The notes below the pieces were generated by a model. That model did no database searches and was not told the DNA's origin. It saw only the letters and a list, made by a program, of their open reading frames with translations. This document shows, piece after piece, positions 1-17,234 of a DNA stretch of 64,000 nucleotides. The translations under genes and the position numbers were made by a program. Location: the NCBI RefSeq assembly GCF_009914755.1, contig NC_060947.1. The stretch is one strand, 5' to 3'. How positions within the stretch are numbered: the stretch's first letter is position 1; each line of letters begins with the position of its first letter. The DNA is from the human T2T-CHM13v2.0 reference genome, Homo sapiens.

Positions 1-457
1 AATTGGGTGTGTCTTATAGCAACGGCTGTCTTATCTGTAGTGTTAGTCCTGTGAGATTTTATCATGTCTTATTATCTGTGGAAGATAAATGATATCTGTG
101 TGGTGACCTGATGCAGACCAGTCACAAACCAAGGGATCAGAAGAATTGTTATAAATATATAATGTACCAGATCTCAAAATAATGTACCATAGCAATGAAC
201 AGTAGGAAATAAGGTGGATTATTTTGAAGCATGGCCATGGGTCACAACTGACAACTTCCTATAATCACAAACCCTGTAAAATATCAACCATAGCTTGTGA
301 CTGATGGATGCTCTTCCTTCCAGTCATTCTAAAGAAGCTGACACATCTATATTCATTTCATAGGCATGAGTTTTGAACACTGTATCCCTTGATGTGGATT
401 GCAATGATGTCAGCATTATAAAACAACCATAGATATTTGTGTTGAAAGTTACCAAAC

Positions 458-930
458 ACATGCACATGTATGTTTATCGTGGCACTGTTCACAATAGCAA
501 AGTCTTGGAACCAACACAAATGCCCATCAATGATAGACTGGATAAAGAAAATGTGGCACATATACACCATGGAATAGTATGCAGCCATAAAAAAGGATGA
601 GTTCATTTCCTTTCCAGGGACATGGATGAAACTGGAAGCCATCATTCTCAGCAAAGTAACACAAGAAGAGAAAACCAAACACTGCATATTCTCACTCATA
701 AGTGGGAGTTGAACAATGAGAACACATGGACACAGGGTGGGGAACATTACACATCGGGGCCTGTTGGGGGTGGGGGTCTGGGGAAGGGATAGCATTAGGA
801 GAAATACCCAATGCAAATGACGAGTTAATGGGTGCAGCAAACCAACATGGCACATGTATACCTATGTAACAAACCTGCACGTTGTGCACATGTACCCCAG
901 AACTTAAAGTATAATAATAATAATAATAAA
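458..930 (+). mobile_element. 5'-truncated L1PA (approx. L1PA5-8) 3' end with (TAA)n/A tail and 14-bp TSD
   Basis: ORF2 C-terminus and 3'UTR sequence (gactggataaagaaaatgtggcacatatacaccatgg; gggatagcattaggagaaatacc; cccagaacttaaagtataataat). Perfect TSD gaaagttaccaaac at 444-457 and 931-944. Confidence 0.95.
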
Positions 931-2139
931 GAAAGTTACCAAACTAAAGCATAAACAATCCTTCAGATGATCTTTTAGTAAGAGAAATAAATAGGTGTAA
1001 TGGTCTGACCTGTAGTTTGTTTTTGAGTTTGTAAGTATCTGAAGCTTGAGGTTATTTTGGAATCAATAGAAGAGCTAATTTATTAAAATAATTTGATTTA
1101 TATTAATCAGCAAGCACAGTGTCACATACTTAGGTTTCAAAGTGTTCTCCTGCTCCTAGACCAAGTAGGCACTTGAAAAGAAATGGAAAAGAGACACGTT
1201 AACTTCTCTGGGAAGAAGGCAATTATTTCATCTTTTAAGTTTATATTCAGAACACATCCACAGCAAATATAATTTAAGCCCACATCATAAATATTCCACA
1301 AGAAATGTTCACCAGTTCCCAGAACTTGAAGTCACCTCTTTGGACACCAGACCATTCTGTGACATGCCATCACCTTCATCTAGGAGATAACAATCACAGC
1401 ATATTTATTATGTTGCTCTTAAGTAGAAAATATCTGTAAAGAATATTGCAGTACCCCTCTGAATTCTATAGAAAGAGTCATCCTTTAAATTTTTCTCCCA
1501 TCTAAATGTTTACTTGTCTCACCAAACATCTGGAGCTCAGGGGGCATGAGGAGCTCATTTATTTGATGCAGTGCTTCTACATTGATTTTAGAAGGAAAAC
1601 AATACACTGTGCCCTAAATAAAGCTCCTAGAAAAATCTAAAGTGTTTTGTTGTTGCGGTGGTGGTTATCCTGGATTACCATGCGGTCTTTTTTTCTCTCC
1701 TTACACACACATATTAGTGAAGCATGCAAACCATGGAAGGCACCTTTTTACATATATAGCCCCTACCCTGCATAAAATTGTCTAGGTTGTCTGCAAAACC
1801 TATGCTTCTAAGACAGTCAGAGCCCAGCAGGGGGATAATATGGACAATAATAAGTAAATAGAACCAAAACACTAGGCACAATTCAATTAAGCAATGGTAC
1901 ATGGGATCTAAGAAATCTTTTCTTAATACTCTCCAGGTCATGATCATCAATGCAGGCTTCTAATATGAGGGAAAGCAGAGGGTTAAATGGAAACATTGTA
2001 TGTAAAGAAGTCAATATATATGAATTAATGAAAAAATCCAGCCCCTCGTACAATACCTCAAATACATTAAGTGCTCAGAAATGTTTACTGTTTTCTTACA
2101 TCTTTCTATCTCACCTTTCTCCTCTTGGCTCACTTGTGA

Positions 2140-3300
2140 AATAATGTAAAAAATTTAAGACAAAAAACATGGGAGAATATTTTTATGAGCTCAGTGTATG
2201 TTTTTCTTTTTTTAAATGAGATGCAAAAAATACTAACAATAAAAGATTAGATGTATTAGTGTACATTAAAATGTAGAACTTCAGTTCATTACTAAAAGTG
2301 ACATAGCAAGCCTAAAATTGAGGAAATGTATTTACAAGACATACAACTGCAAAATGATTGGTATCTAGAATAGTTTTAAATAAATATATTTTTAAAACCA
2401 TGACAAATCAATAAGTGAAAATCACAGTCCAATAGCTAAAATGGGCAAGAGTCACTACAGGAATTTTGTAATATGTGAAACGTGTTGAGCATAAAAACAG
2501 ATGTTTATTTCATTACTAATCAGAGAAATACAAATTCAGAGAACGGTGGAATAGCATTTTATATATCTGAAGAAAAGAATTATCAATACAAAATGTTGGC
2601 AAGCATGAGGATCAATAGGCACACTTAGAATCTGCTGAGGGGAAAGCAAATTTGACAAACATCTTGGAAAACAATTTGGTATTATTTTATAAAGTTAAAC
2701 ATTTGTCTCCACTATGGCACAGAAATCTAACTCAAAAGTAGGTTTTGGAGAAATTATTGCACATGTTCACCAGGAGAACAATATAGGAAATGTGTATAGC
2801 AGCATTGTTCACAATAATGCTAAGAGGATGGATAAGTAAATGGATGAATACATTTTGGTATATTGAAAAAATAAAATATCATATAGCATTGAAAAATAAA
2901 TTATGGCTCATGCACAAAAAATGTATAAATCATAGAAAAAAGTAGAAATGTAAATCACAAGAGACTATAGTGTCTTCATATATATATTCATTTTTCATAA
3001 AGCTAAAAAACAAGCAAAACGAATAATATACTGTTTATAAATACATAAATATGAGACAAAACCAGTTTATAAAACAAGAGAATAATAAACATGAAATTGT
3101 GAATGGAGTTATCTCTGGAGGAGGCAAGGGGCTGAAATAGGGAAGAAGTCCACAGGTAAAGTCAATAGCTTTGGTAACGTGGGGCAATTAGTTTGGAGAC
3201 TGGGCTCTCAGGTGTTTATTTTATTATTATGTGTTGTATATGGCAATATCTATTAAATATATTCTATATGCATTAAATATTGCATAGTTTTCAGTTAAAA
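2140..3300 (+). mobile_element. Ancient L1M (L1ME-like) ORF2 end/3'UTR fragment
   Basis: Degenerate L1 3' motifs (aaaatgggcaag, cagagaaatacaaatt, aaaatgttggcaagcatgagg, gcagcattgttcacaata, gttatctctggaggagg). Boundaries approximate. Confidence 0.7.
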
Positions 3301-6239
3301 TATTCAAACAACGTCAGCTCCTGATGGTGAATACCTACTCACTACTTTACTGAGTCTTGTATGCTCTCATCTCCTTTGATACTAATCAGACCTAGACCTT
3401 GAGGGGCTTAGAGATGATCTTTGTTGGCTCTGCATTTCAACTCTCCCTATTTCTCAACACCAGGCCCTCGGACCCTTGTTCCCTACTCCTGGATTTCAAT
3501 CTGCTACCCTGTCTGATATCTCAATTACTTACATGCAGATTTCTTGGATATCTCCCTTTCTAACTAGAATTCTAAGGAGTGTTTTCCACAAAGCCTCTGT
3601 TTTATGCCTAGCTATTGGGATCCTGTTCTTTCAGGATCCTGTTCTTTTTTTGATTTTGCCTCTCAAATATTTCTTCAGTTGTGATTAAAACTTCAGTGCT
3701 TCTTAGATTCACCCCTATTCAGCTAGCTGCACCTCGCAATTCAGCTTCTATTGCTATGAAAGTTCCTCCAGCACTTGTCTCCTGCCATTGGTTGGGTTTT
3801 GCATTTATCTTTTGCCCTACATGCTTACATTACTCAGTGGATTCATGAAGTGTCTCACCCAAATTCTGAGTTAACGTGAGAAGAATAAAAATGGCAAAGA
3901 GAATTTTTGAGATAGTTAAGTATAGCAAAGATAATAACCACCACTTTTGAATTTCTGGAATTCTGAAATACATTCATAGAAGTATAGCTCAATTATTATT
4001 TACACTTAGTGTAAATCTAAGGAAATTATTACACAGATATTGTCACATTGCAGATTTCCCTTTCAGAATAAGGAAGACTTTTTTTTCTGGACAGAACTTG
4101 GCACACTTAATTGAGTATGCATCCTGACATGCTAAAATATGAACACTGATGACCCCTGAAATTTTTATCAGATCAGAGCAAAAATAAATTCAACTTTCAT
4201 AATTTATCTTTCTCTTTCTCAAACAGAATACTAAAATGCCAGTTTCCTGCCTTTTGAACTACTTTTAGCCAAATTCTTGGAAGGTGAAGAAACTTGTGTG
4301 GGTTTAAATTCTTTTCCATTAACATGCATTGTTCTCATTTCCAAAGATTATTCTTACATATTAAGCATTTATTTCCCTAAGTCCCCAAAAAGCATTTTTA
4401 AAGCACTTAAGTATTTGCTAAGATCTGCCAAGATCCCATCCTTTTCCTTTGGTTGCTTAATCAATATCTTCTTTTGTTCAGTACTCTGATTTTCACCTTC
4501 AAAAATCTCTTGATGGCAATGAACTCTGCTCTCCTTAGAAGTCATATGCCCTTAATATTCCCAAGCAACATTTTCTCACTGGAGAAGCTGTTTGAAATCA
4601 AAGGAAAGCTTTTAAAGATGTGTATCATTTGGTCTCCTTAAGCTATTCTCCGTGTGTGGTAGTTTCTTTTTAATCTCTAAGGACCAACTTGAATTTTGGA
4701 AGAGAGACGAGTCATCTACATGCTTCGCATTTCACCAGCCTTAACAAGTAAAACCTGATGTTATTAGAATCATTGATATATCTAGTATTGAAGGTGGAAG
4801 AGACCTTAAATGTCATCTATTCAAACTATTCATCTAACTTTTCATTATTCAGACAGTTAGGAATTCATCGACAAAGGCGTTGAAAAGAGGCATAACTTTA
4901 TCCTTTATAATTAATGAATTTAGTAAGACGCATTCTTGGGTCCCTAGAAATCATATCTACAGCAGCCAAGAGAATAAGAATATATAATTTCCTTTAAAAA
5001 TGAGAGGAAAATCTTTGTACGCTTATTTGTAATTGAAGAATATTTTATTTCTCTTTTCTGACCAGCATAATGTACAGCCATTTGAGAAAATATTATAAAC
5101 AGTAGGTATGTCTAAATTTCTATTCAGGGTTTGGTGTTTTTATAGTCTGCTCATAAAATATCTTCTAGAACCTCTCCTTCTGTAACTTTTTCACTGAGGT
5201 AAATTCTCTCACCTTTTTGTAGCCCACACTATATTTTCAACATCTTAGCATTTGTAATCATTATCATGTTTTGTTAAAACACATCCTTTCAAGAAAAGAA
5301 TTATTCTAGAACTGCTGAATTTCAGGCTTTTTACCCCTGCCTTGATGGTACCAGAACATGGCAAATGTAATTAATCTGCCCAAACACAAAAGTTGTGAAT
5401 TTATTGTGGATTATTATTCATTGAAAAAGAAAAGAATTAACATTTAATACGTGCCTTAAAGCACATTAATGGCGTTTTTTCAAAGCCTAATAGTTAGATG
5501 TATATGATCTATGTGTGTGCATTAAGCTAGATTTTTTAACATATAAACATAGAGACAGAACATGCCTTGATATATATTCTATTTTCATAAAAAAATGTGG
5601 CTTAAATAGAGCTGTGGTCCCCAAAGGAAAGCACATGTTGAGTGAACATTTCAAATATGTCTGGGCCAGTTTAGTCTATGGCTATGTCTATATAATATAA
5701 ACTAAAGAGTCAGAGCCACTGAATATCTGCCAAATTGATTAGCCATTGGGTGGCCAGAAGAGAGAGAAGAGACATCTTAATTAGTTAGGTTGTTTGATTT
5801 TAGCCTCTGGATAATACGGTCCTAGATCACCCAATCCAGTGCATTACATTACCATTTGATTTTGCTTCACTCAGACAAGCATTGATTTAACTGCTTTTCT
5901 CTGAATTTGTGCTTCTTTGAATAAATTGGTGATATCTGACAAGAAGATCTGTAGAACAACATCATATTGAAACGTCCCAGCACCTGTGTAGACTATGGTC
6001 AGTGGGCACTAGCATGAAAGTTTCCTTTTGGCTCCTTGCAATTTGTATTAGGATGTAATTGTGCTCTCTGAGAGCCTAGAAGAGGCAAAGGATTGATCCA
6101 CTCAGAGAGAAAATTGGATCTGGTGCTATTCTAACCATCTTTCGGACTATTCTGCCAGTAAGTGCTTTAAAAAAATCCCCATCCAATTCCCATTTGGACA
6201 CATAGAACCCTCTTAGGGCTGATTAGCAATTTACTTACT

Positions 6240-6370
6240 TGTTCATTCATTCATTAATTCATCAATCATTTATTCAGTATCTTCTATGTGGCACACACTG
6301 TAATAGTCATGGGGGATACTAAGATAAATAATGGTCATGTCTCTTCCTCAGAGGAGCTCTGCCTCAGTTG
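6240..6370 (-). mobile_element. L2 3' end fragment
   Basis: ttcattcattcatt...catttattcagtatcttctatgtggcacacactg...ggggatactaagataaata resembles the L2 3' terminus in antisense. Confidence 0.65.
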
Positions 6371-9300
6371 CGGTTTTAATAAATATCCAATAAGGTAGAT
6401 GCAGAATATGGGGTAGAAGGACCTTCCTCCACTGTACTAAGGTCCTCCATGACTTTGATGTTATGCTTTACCTTGGCCCTACTGACTCTTCAGTCTATTT
6501 TATGGCTATAAGGAAACAGTGTGCAGGTGGGAAAGAAAAGCCTCGAAAGATAGATACCTGTGCTTCTCATTCACATGTACTTGTAATTTTAAACCAAAAG
6601 GCATCCTTCAATTCAGTAGTTTAAATATAACACATGTCACACAGTTAAAGGGCCCATATCTTTTGTTTAAATTTCACTGCAGTATCCTGATATGTCTTAT
6701 TCATACATATTGTTAAAAGTAGATATGGGCCTGGGATACTGGCTCTAAAAACGCAACCAACAGAGATGATGTTGGATTACATTGACTCTAACCTGTCTGA
6801 TTTCTCTGATTTAAAGCTATTAGCATTATTTAAAAATATATTTAACATTATCTACAGGGAGAAGTTGCTGTTAGGTTGGCATGGGAAGGGAAAACCTCCA
6901 CACCACGTATTCCATTTGTTAAGGAAAGAATTAGGATAAGGGCAAATGTTAGGGGAACTGTAAAATGAGAAAGAACCAAAATGACAAATGCAAATTTCTC
7001 CCTAAATTTGACAAACAGAATGTTGGTAAATGGGTAATTTGGTAGCAGTTAAATTGTTGAGTCAAAAGTGCAAAACCTTTTATGGACAGAAATCAGCTAG
7101 ACTAATCTGTTTTGTCAGCAGGGAGGGAAGACAATTCAAATGTATTTTACAGAAAGACTATAAATGTTTATCTTTATCCAAAAAGGAGAATACATACATC
7201 TGTTTGTTTAAAACTTGACATGTATATTTTCTATGTTTGCTGTGATATTTGTCTTTTGGTTTTGTACCGAAATATTTCAAGGTTCTTTTAATTATTTGCC
7301 CTAGGAAATATGTTGGCATCCTGTGGTATAAAATAGGCAGGGTTTACTCTAGAAAATTAGGGAAGAAACTGTGAATACATTTGTTTGGGTATGGATTAAA
7401 ATATATCTACATCTAAAATAATATAAAATGTTTATATTGGCATTGATTAATAAGAACATATTGTCCCACTACCAAGGATAATTATATTTTATGCATACAG
7501 ATATGTTCAATGCAGATGTCAAACTGTGTGCTCAGTAATTAGTGTTACCTGCAGCTTGAGTAAAACTCAAAATTGGTATGCTAACTGCATTCAGTGATTA
7601 CAGTACATAGGAAATGAATACAACACATCATAAGGAACACATATATGCTTAAAGAATTTATACTACATGCTAACCAATTTATTCCTTAAAATATAGGCAT
7701 TTAAAATTTGTTCATGGTAATGTGGTGCATGTTTTGGACAATGGCATATACTATTCAAGTGCTTCCTAATAATTTACAGCTATTTTTAAATTGGGTCATG
7801 TCTTGCCCTGCAAAATGATAACGTTCTTGTTTATCATTCTGCTCAAGTCACACTATGGTAGAATGAATCAGTTCTTATGAATACTGCAGCACAGTAAACC
7901 CTGTTTTTCTCTGCATTTAAAGAAACAGTCTGTTGAATAGATGGATAAGGATATGGTTCTCATAATTTAGAGTGTATCATTTTTGTGGTCAATGCTCTCC
8001 AACTGGGTGTTTACCTGTACAGCAAACACTACAAGGAAGCTCAGGGAAGAAATCGACCATGCAATTTATGATTTCACATTTGTTTCTGCTTGCAGTCAAA
8101 AGCACAATATTGCTCAGAGCTAGTCTGCTGTATGCTTAAGCAGCATATTTTCAGGAGTTTTTATTTTTAGGACTAACACTGCAAAGATGATGGTTACATC
8201 AGGACTTAAAACTAAGGATATGTCTAATCAGAGATAAGCATTCTGATAAAAGAAGAAAAAAATTCTAAATCTATCCAAATAACCAATATTTGATTATATA
8301 AAATAAAAACAATAATGCCATTTACTTCGTCATACTTTATTTCATTCAAACCATACAAAACAAAACCCTTTTTGGAACAAAATTATGTTTTCTATTTTAC
8401 ATATATGGCAACTGAGGGTCAGCTAGGGGATTTGATCCATCTGTATCTGACACCAACATGGTGCTCTGCTAACCCATGGATGCATAAACTAAACATGTCC
8501 AATTACCTGTATCAATGCTATCTCATGTGAGTTTTTTTTTTCACGTATCTCAGGTGCCTTCAGTATATATAAAATTAAAAATAAAATTTTGGCCATTTTC
8601 TGACAACATGGAGATAATAAATGAGATAAATCGTGAAAAGCCTCCACTGTATAACTAGAAAGAATTGCTTATTACTGGTTCCAAAACTTCAGATATTATC
8701 ATCATAGTGATAATATCTTTCGCAGTAAAAGATACTCCTTTTGAAAATGTTTATCTGGTCTTATTATTACAAATAAATATTACTAATTTTATTTCTTTAG
8801 TTATAAAATGCATTGTTGCTTTTAGATATTTAAAATGCTATCCTGCCATTGTTTGAGGGTAAAGAAACAATTCTTCTCACTGGATTTAAGATTTACTAGT
8901 TAAAAACCATATTAAACAAACATAACTTTATAGTTGACATCAATAATACTAACTAGTCACGTGAATTAAATATCAGATCCAAATTATGGATTGTTCAGAT
9001 GTATTTCCCACTTTTGCTTTATCTGATGTGGTATCTGAAACATACTACCTTGTATAAAACATCATTCTGTGTTACATGTCAGTTCATCACGTTAAAAGTC
9101 TTTGCTTCTGTCTTTAGAGATCATATAATTTGACATGTGTGCCATTTGAAATTACTCTGAAAAAATTAGTTTCTATTATTCTAGTAAATTTTCTTCAGCA
9201 ATTGTTTCTGTATGTCATCGGGGTTTCATACCAGTCAACCCATATCAGACCCTTTCATCTCTCACATCAAATCTGTCCTGTTTCCTCTATGTCCTAAATA

Positions 9301-9819
9301 TCTCACAGATGGTTCCATTTTATTTCCACCTCCACCTCTACTACCGTAGTTCAGGCCATATTGTAGCAGGTAACCTTTAGGGTAATATTTGGCAAGAAAG
9401 CATCAAAATTTACATATTCTTGGTCTTTTTTCTTGGATTGTATTCAATGTTCTGAGGATTAGAAAACATTCTTATGAGTATAGCAGAAGTTGGTGAGGAT
9501 CAAAGAAAAGAAACAAAGGAAACCATTCTGTGATCTCTCCTCAGCAGGTCCACTATCCTCTCTAATGTTCCTGGGGTTTTTTCTTTATAATATATATCCC
9601 AGTTTGTGAACACTTGTTTCAGTGAATTTTAGATACCATTAATATAAGATGCGCCATTATTTGTATGGATTACTGAAAACAAACTAAAAATGCTGCCAAT
9701 TAAGTTATGACGCAACATCAATTATTAGATGCCTCAAGATCTCAGAGATGATTAAATGTAAAAAAATATATGAATCAAAGCATTATGGGATTTACTTACA
9801 TATAATAATCATACATACT

Positions 9820-9965
9820 TATTGTCTGTCTTTTCCACTAGAATCTAAGATACATGAGGGTAGGAAACATGTCTAACTTTTTTTATCATATGCTCAGAGA
9901 AACTAATATAATCCTTGGTATAAAATCAGGGCTAAGTATGAATTTGTTAAAGCAATGAATGACAC
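9820..9965 (+). mobile_element. L2 3' end fragment
   Basis: ttgtctgtcttttccactagaatctaagatacatgagggtagg...aatttgttaaagcaatgaatga resembles the L2 3' end. Confidence 0.55.
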
Positions 9966-10499
9966 AGGTAGGCTCTAACAATATTTCCTATGGCTCAATG
10001 CTACCATGTTTATTTTGTGTGTGGCATGGTAGGGATGGTGGATATTTATTTAAAATATTAAAAGTACACATAGGAACCGGAGAAAGAGATCTAAGAATGA
10101 CCAAGAATCTTAGCACTGAAAGACTACTTGTGTTATAGACTAAATCTTGATACTTAAGAAGGATCCTTATGAGACGGCACACAAGAATATTCTACCCAAC
10201 ATTGTTTCTGAACATGCTTTTCTGGAAAAATGCCACCTGATATTTGATAGGTGGAGTTGTTAAGGGCTGAATGCCAATCAAGGAAATATTGTCCAGCTTT
10301 CTAAGAGGCTAACAGCATTAAAGAAAGATTGTATTTGCTTGAGTTAAAACATACAGAACCACTATTTATACATAAGACTCGATCAATCCTGATTTCACCA
10401 GGTGGAGATGTTTTTCGGCTATAAAACTTCTGGATAATTCTCAAACTTCATTGAATAATTATAAAATGGAGATCTGTGGACCCCACTCCCAGGTATTTT

Positions 10500-10796
10500 C
10501 TGAATTTTGTTTTCTTATTCAAATATATTTCATGAAAATTCTTCAAAGAAAGCTTGCATAGAAGTGATCCATTCTTTTTTAATGGCTTCAGAAGATACTA
10601 TTTTGAAAATGTAGGAGAATTTATTTAACAATGTCCTTTTTGAAACACATGCACTTTTTACATTTTTTTTTGCCACGATCAACGATGATATATGTATATG
10701 AAGGTATATATATGTACATCCATATATACACATATATGTAAAATAAGTGTATCTAATAGTAATAAGTGAACATAGTAGATAAGGTGTCCATATCTA
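10500..10796 (-). mobile_element. Ancient L1M/L1ME 3' region (host element, first segment)
   Basis: ccattctttttt aatggcttcagaagatactattttg...aatttatttaacaat is an antisense old-L1 3' motif; the element resumes after 17235. Confidence 0.55.
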
Positions 10797-11021
10797 TTTT
10801 TTTTATTTTTTACTTTTTTTAAATTATACCTTAAGTTCTGGAATACATATGCAGAACATGCAGGTTACATAGGAATACATGTGACATGGTGGTTTGCTGC
10901 ACCCATCAACCCGTCATCTATATTAGGTATTTCTCCTAATGCTATCCCTCCCCTTGCCCCCACCTCCTGACAGGCCACAGTATGGGATGTTCCCCTCCGT
11001 GTGCCCATAAGTTCTCATTGT

Positions 11022-14810
<3,789 letters not shown>

Positions 14811-14880
14811 TATGATGCTAGCTGGTTATTTTGCACATTAGTTGATGCAGTTTCTTCACAGTGTCAATGGCCTTTACATT

Positions 14881-15900
14881 TTAATATATGTTTGCAGTGG
14901 CTGGTAACGGTTTTGTCTTTTCCATATTTAGTGCTTCCTTCAGGAGCTCTTGTAAGGCAGGCTTTTGGTAACAAAATCCCTCAAGCATTGGATTGTCTGT
15001 AAAGGATTTTATTTCTCCCTCATTTATGAAGCTTAGTTTGGCTGGATATGAAATTCTAGGTTGACAATTCTTTTCTTTAAGAATGTTGAATATTGGCCCC
15101 CACTCTCTTCTGGCTTGTAGCGTTTCTGCAGAGAGATCCACTGTTAGTCTGATGGGCTTCCCTTTGTGAGTAACCTGAGGTTTCTCTCTGGCTGCCCTTA
15201 ACATTTTTTCCTTTATTTCAACCTTGGTGAATCTGACGATTATGTGTCTTGGGGTTGCTCTTCTCGAGGAGTATCTCAGAGATGTTCTCTCTATTTCCTG
15301 AGTTTGAATGTTGGCCTGCCTTGCTAAGTTGGGGACATTCTCCTGGATAATATCCTGAAGTGTGTTTTTCAACTTCATTCAATTTTTCCCATCACCTACA
15401 GGTACGCCAATCAAATGCAGGTTTGGTCTTGTCACATACTCCCATATTTCTTGGAGGCTTTGTTGGTTCCTTTTCATTCTTTTTTCTCTAATCTTGTCTT
15501 CTTGCTTTATTTCATTAAGTTGATCTTCAATCTCTGATATCCTTTCTTCTGCTTGATTGATTTGGCTATTGATACTTGTGTGTGCTCCACGAAGTTCTCA
15601 CGCTGTGTTTTTCAGCTCTATCACGTCATTTATGTTCTTCTCTAAACTGGTTATTCTTGTTTGCAAGTTCCTGTAACCTTATATCAAGGTTCTTCACTTC
15701 CTTGCATTGGGTTAGACATGCCCCTTTAGCTCAGAGGAGCTTGTTATTACCCACCTTCTGAAGCCTACTTCTGTCAATTCGTCAAACTCATTCTCCATCA
15801 AGTTTTGTTTTTTTGCTGACGAGGAGTTGTGATCCTTTGGAGGAGAAGAGGCATTATGGTTTTTGGAATTTTTAGCCTTTTTGCTCTGGTTTTTCCTCAC
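14881..15900 (-). pseudogene. ORF1: L1 ORF1p (RNA-binding protein), disrupted
   Basis: N-terminus RKNQSKKAKNSKN with the start codon reading GTG at 15900; C-terminal part TLQDIIQENVPNLARQANIQ...RATPRHIIVRF...PRISYPAKLSF. Confidence 0.93.
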
Positions 15901-17232
15901 CTTTGTGGATGTTTCTACTTTTGGTCTTTGATGTTGGTGACCTTTAGATGGGGTTTTTGTGTGGGTGTTCTTTTGTTCATGTTGATACTATTCTTTCTGT
16001 TTGTTAGTTTTCCTTCTAACAGTCATGCCCCTTGCTGCAGGTCTGTTGGAGTTTGCTGGAGGTCCACTCCAGATCCTGTTTGCTGGGATATCACCAGCAG
16101 AGGCTGCAGAACAGCAAAGATTGCTGCCTGTTCCTTCCTCTGGAAGCTTCATCCCAGAGAGACACCCGCCAGATGCCAGCCAGAGCTCTCCTGTATGAGG
16201 TGTCTGTTGACCCCTGCTGGGAGTTGTCTCCCAGTCAGGAGGCATGGGGGTTGGGGACTCACTTGAGGAGGCAGTCTGTCCCTTAGCAGAGCTCAAGCAC
16301 TGTGCTGGGAGATCTGCTGCTGTCTTCAGAGCTGGCAGGCAGGAACATTTAAGTCTGCTGAAGCTGCAGCCACAGCTGCCTCTTCCCCCAGGTGCTCTGT
16401 CCCAGGGAAATGGGAGTTTTATCTATCAGCCCCTGACTGGGGCTGCTGCCTTTCTTTCAGAGATGCCCTGCCTAGAGAGGAGGAATATAGAGCGGCAGTC
16501 TCTCTACAGTGGCTTTGCCGTGCTGCAGTGGGTCCCGCTCCCAGTTTGAACTTCCTGGTAGCTTTGTTCACACTGTGAGGGAAAACTGTATATTCAAGCC
16601 TCAGTAATGTTAGACGCCCCTCCCCCAACCAAGCTTGAGCAACTCAGGTCAACTTCAGACTGCTGTGCTGGCAGCAAGAATTTCAAGCCAGTGGACCTTA
16701 GCTTGTTGGTCTCCATGGGGGTGGGATCTGCTGAGCAAAACAACTTGGCTCCTTGGCTTCAGCCCTCTTTCCAGGGGAGTGAATGGTTCTGTCTTACTGG
16801 CATTCCAGGTGCCAATGCGGTACAAAAAGACACTCCTGCAGCTAGCTCAGTGTCTGCCCAAATGGCCACCCAGTTTTGTGCTTGAAACCCAGGGCCCTGG
16901 TGGTGTAGGCATCCGAGGGAATCTCCTGGTTTGCAGGTTGCGAAGACCATGGGAAAAGCATAGTATCTGGGCCGGAGTGCGCTGTTCCTCACGGCACGGT
17001 CCCTCACGGCTTTCCTTGGCAAGGGGAGGGAGTTCCCCAAGCCCTTGCACTTTCTGGGTGAGGCGAAGCCCCACTCTGCTTCTGCTCGCCCTTGGTGGGC
17101 TGCATCCACTGTCCGACCAGTCCCAATGAGATGAAGCAGGTACCTCTGTTGAAAATGCAGAAATCACCTGCCTTCTGCAGTGGTCTCGCTGGGAGCTGCA
17201 GACCAAAGCTGTTTGTATTTGGCCATCTTTCC
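15901..17232 (-). promoter_or_regulatory. L1 5'UTR (internal sense promoter and antisense-promoter region), CpG-decayed
   Basis: GC-rich 5'UTR; YY1-type ggccatctt at ~17221-17229; many consensus CpGs appear as TpG/CpA. Promoter activity is not demonstrated. Confidence 0.75.
16607..16885 (+). CDS. ORF0: L1 antisense ORF0-like open frame (92 aa)
   Basis: MLDAPPPTKLEQLRSTSDCCAGS...SMGVGSAE aligns by eye to L1HS ORF0 (MAGAPPPASLPPCSLISDCCAS...SVGVGPSE); ATG at 16607. Expression unknown. Confidence 0.55.
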   Translation: MLDAPPPTKLEQLRSTSDCCAGSKNFKPVDLSLLVSMGVGSAEQNNLAPWLQPSFQGSEWFCLTGIPGANAVQKDTPAASSVSAQMATQFCA

Positions 17233-17234
17233 TG

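Noticed and set aside
358-889. 165-aa and 65-aa minus-strand ORFs
   Set aside because: Antisense readings of an L1PA 3' end, not genes.
8956-8964. GTCACGTGA E-box/CLEAR-like motif
   Set aside because: Single isolated motif with no promoter or CpG-island context.
9620-9790. Possible old Tigger-like DNA transposon fragment
   Set aside because: Only weak motif resemblance (taagatgcgccatt); TIRs could not be confirmed by eye.
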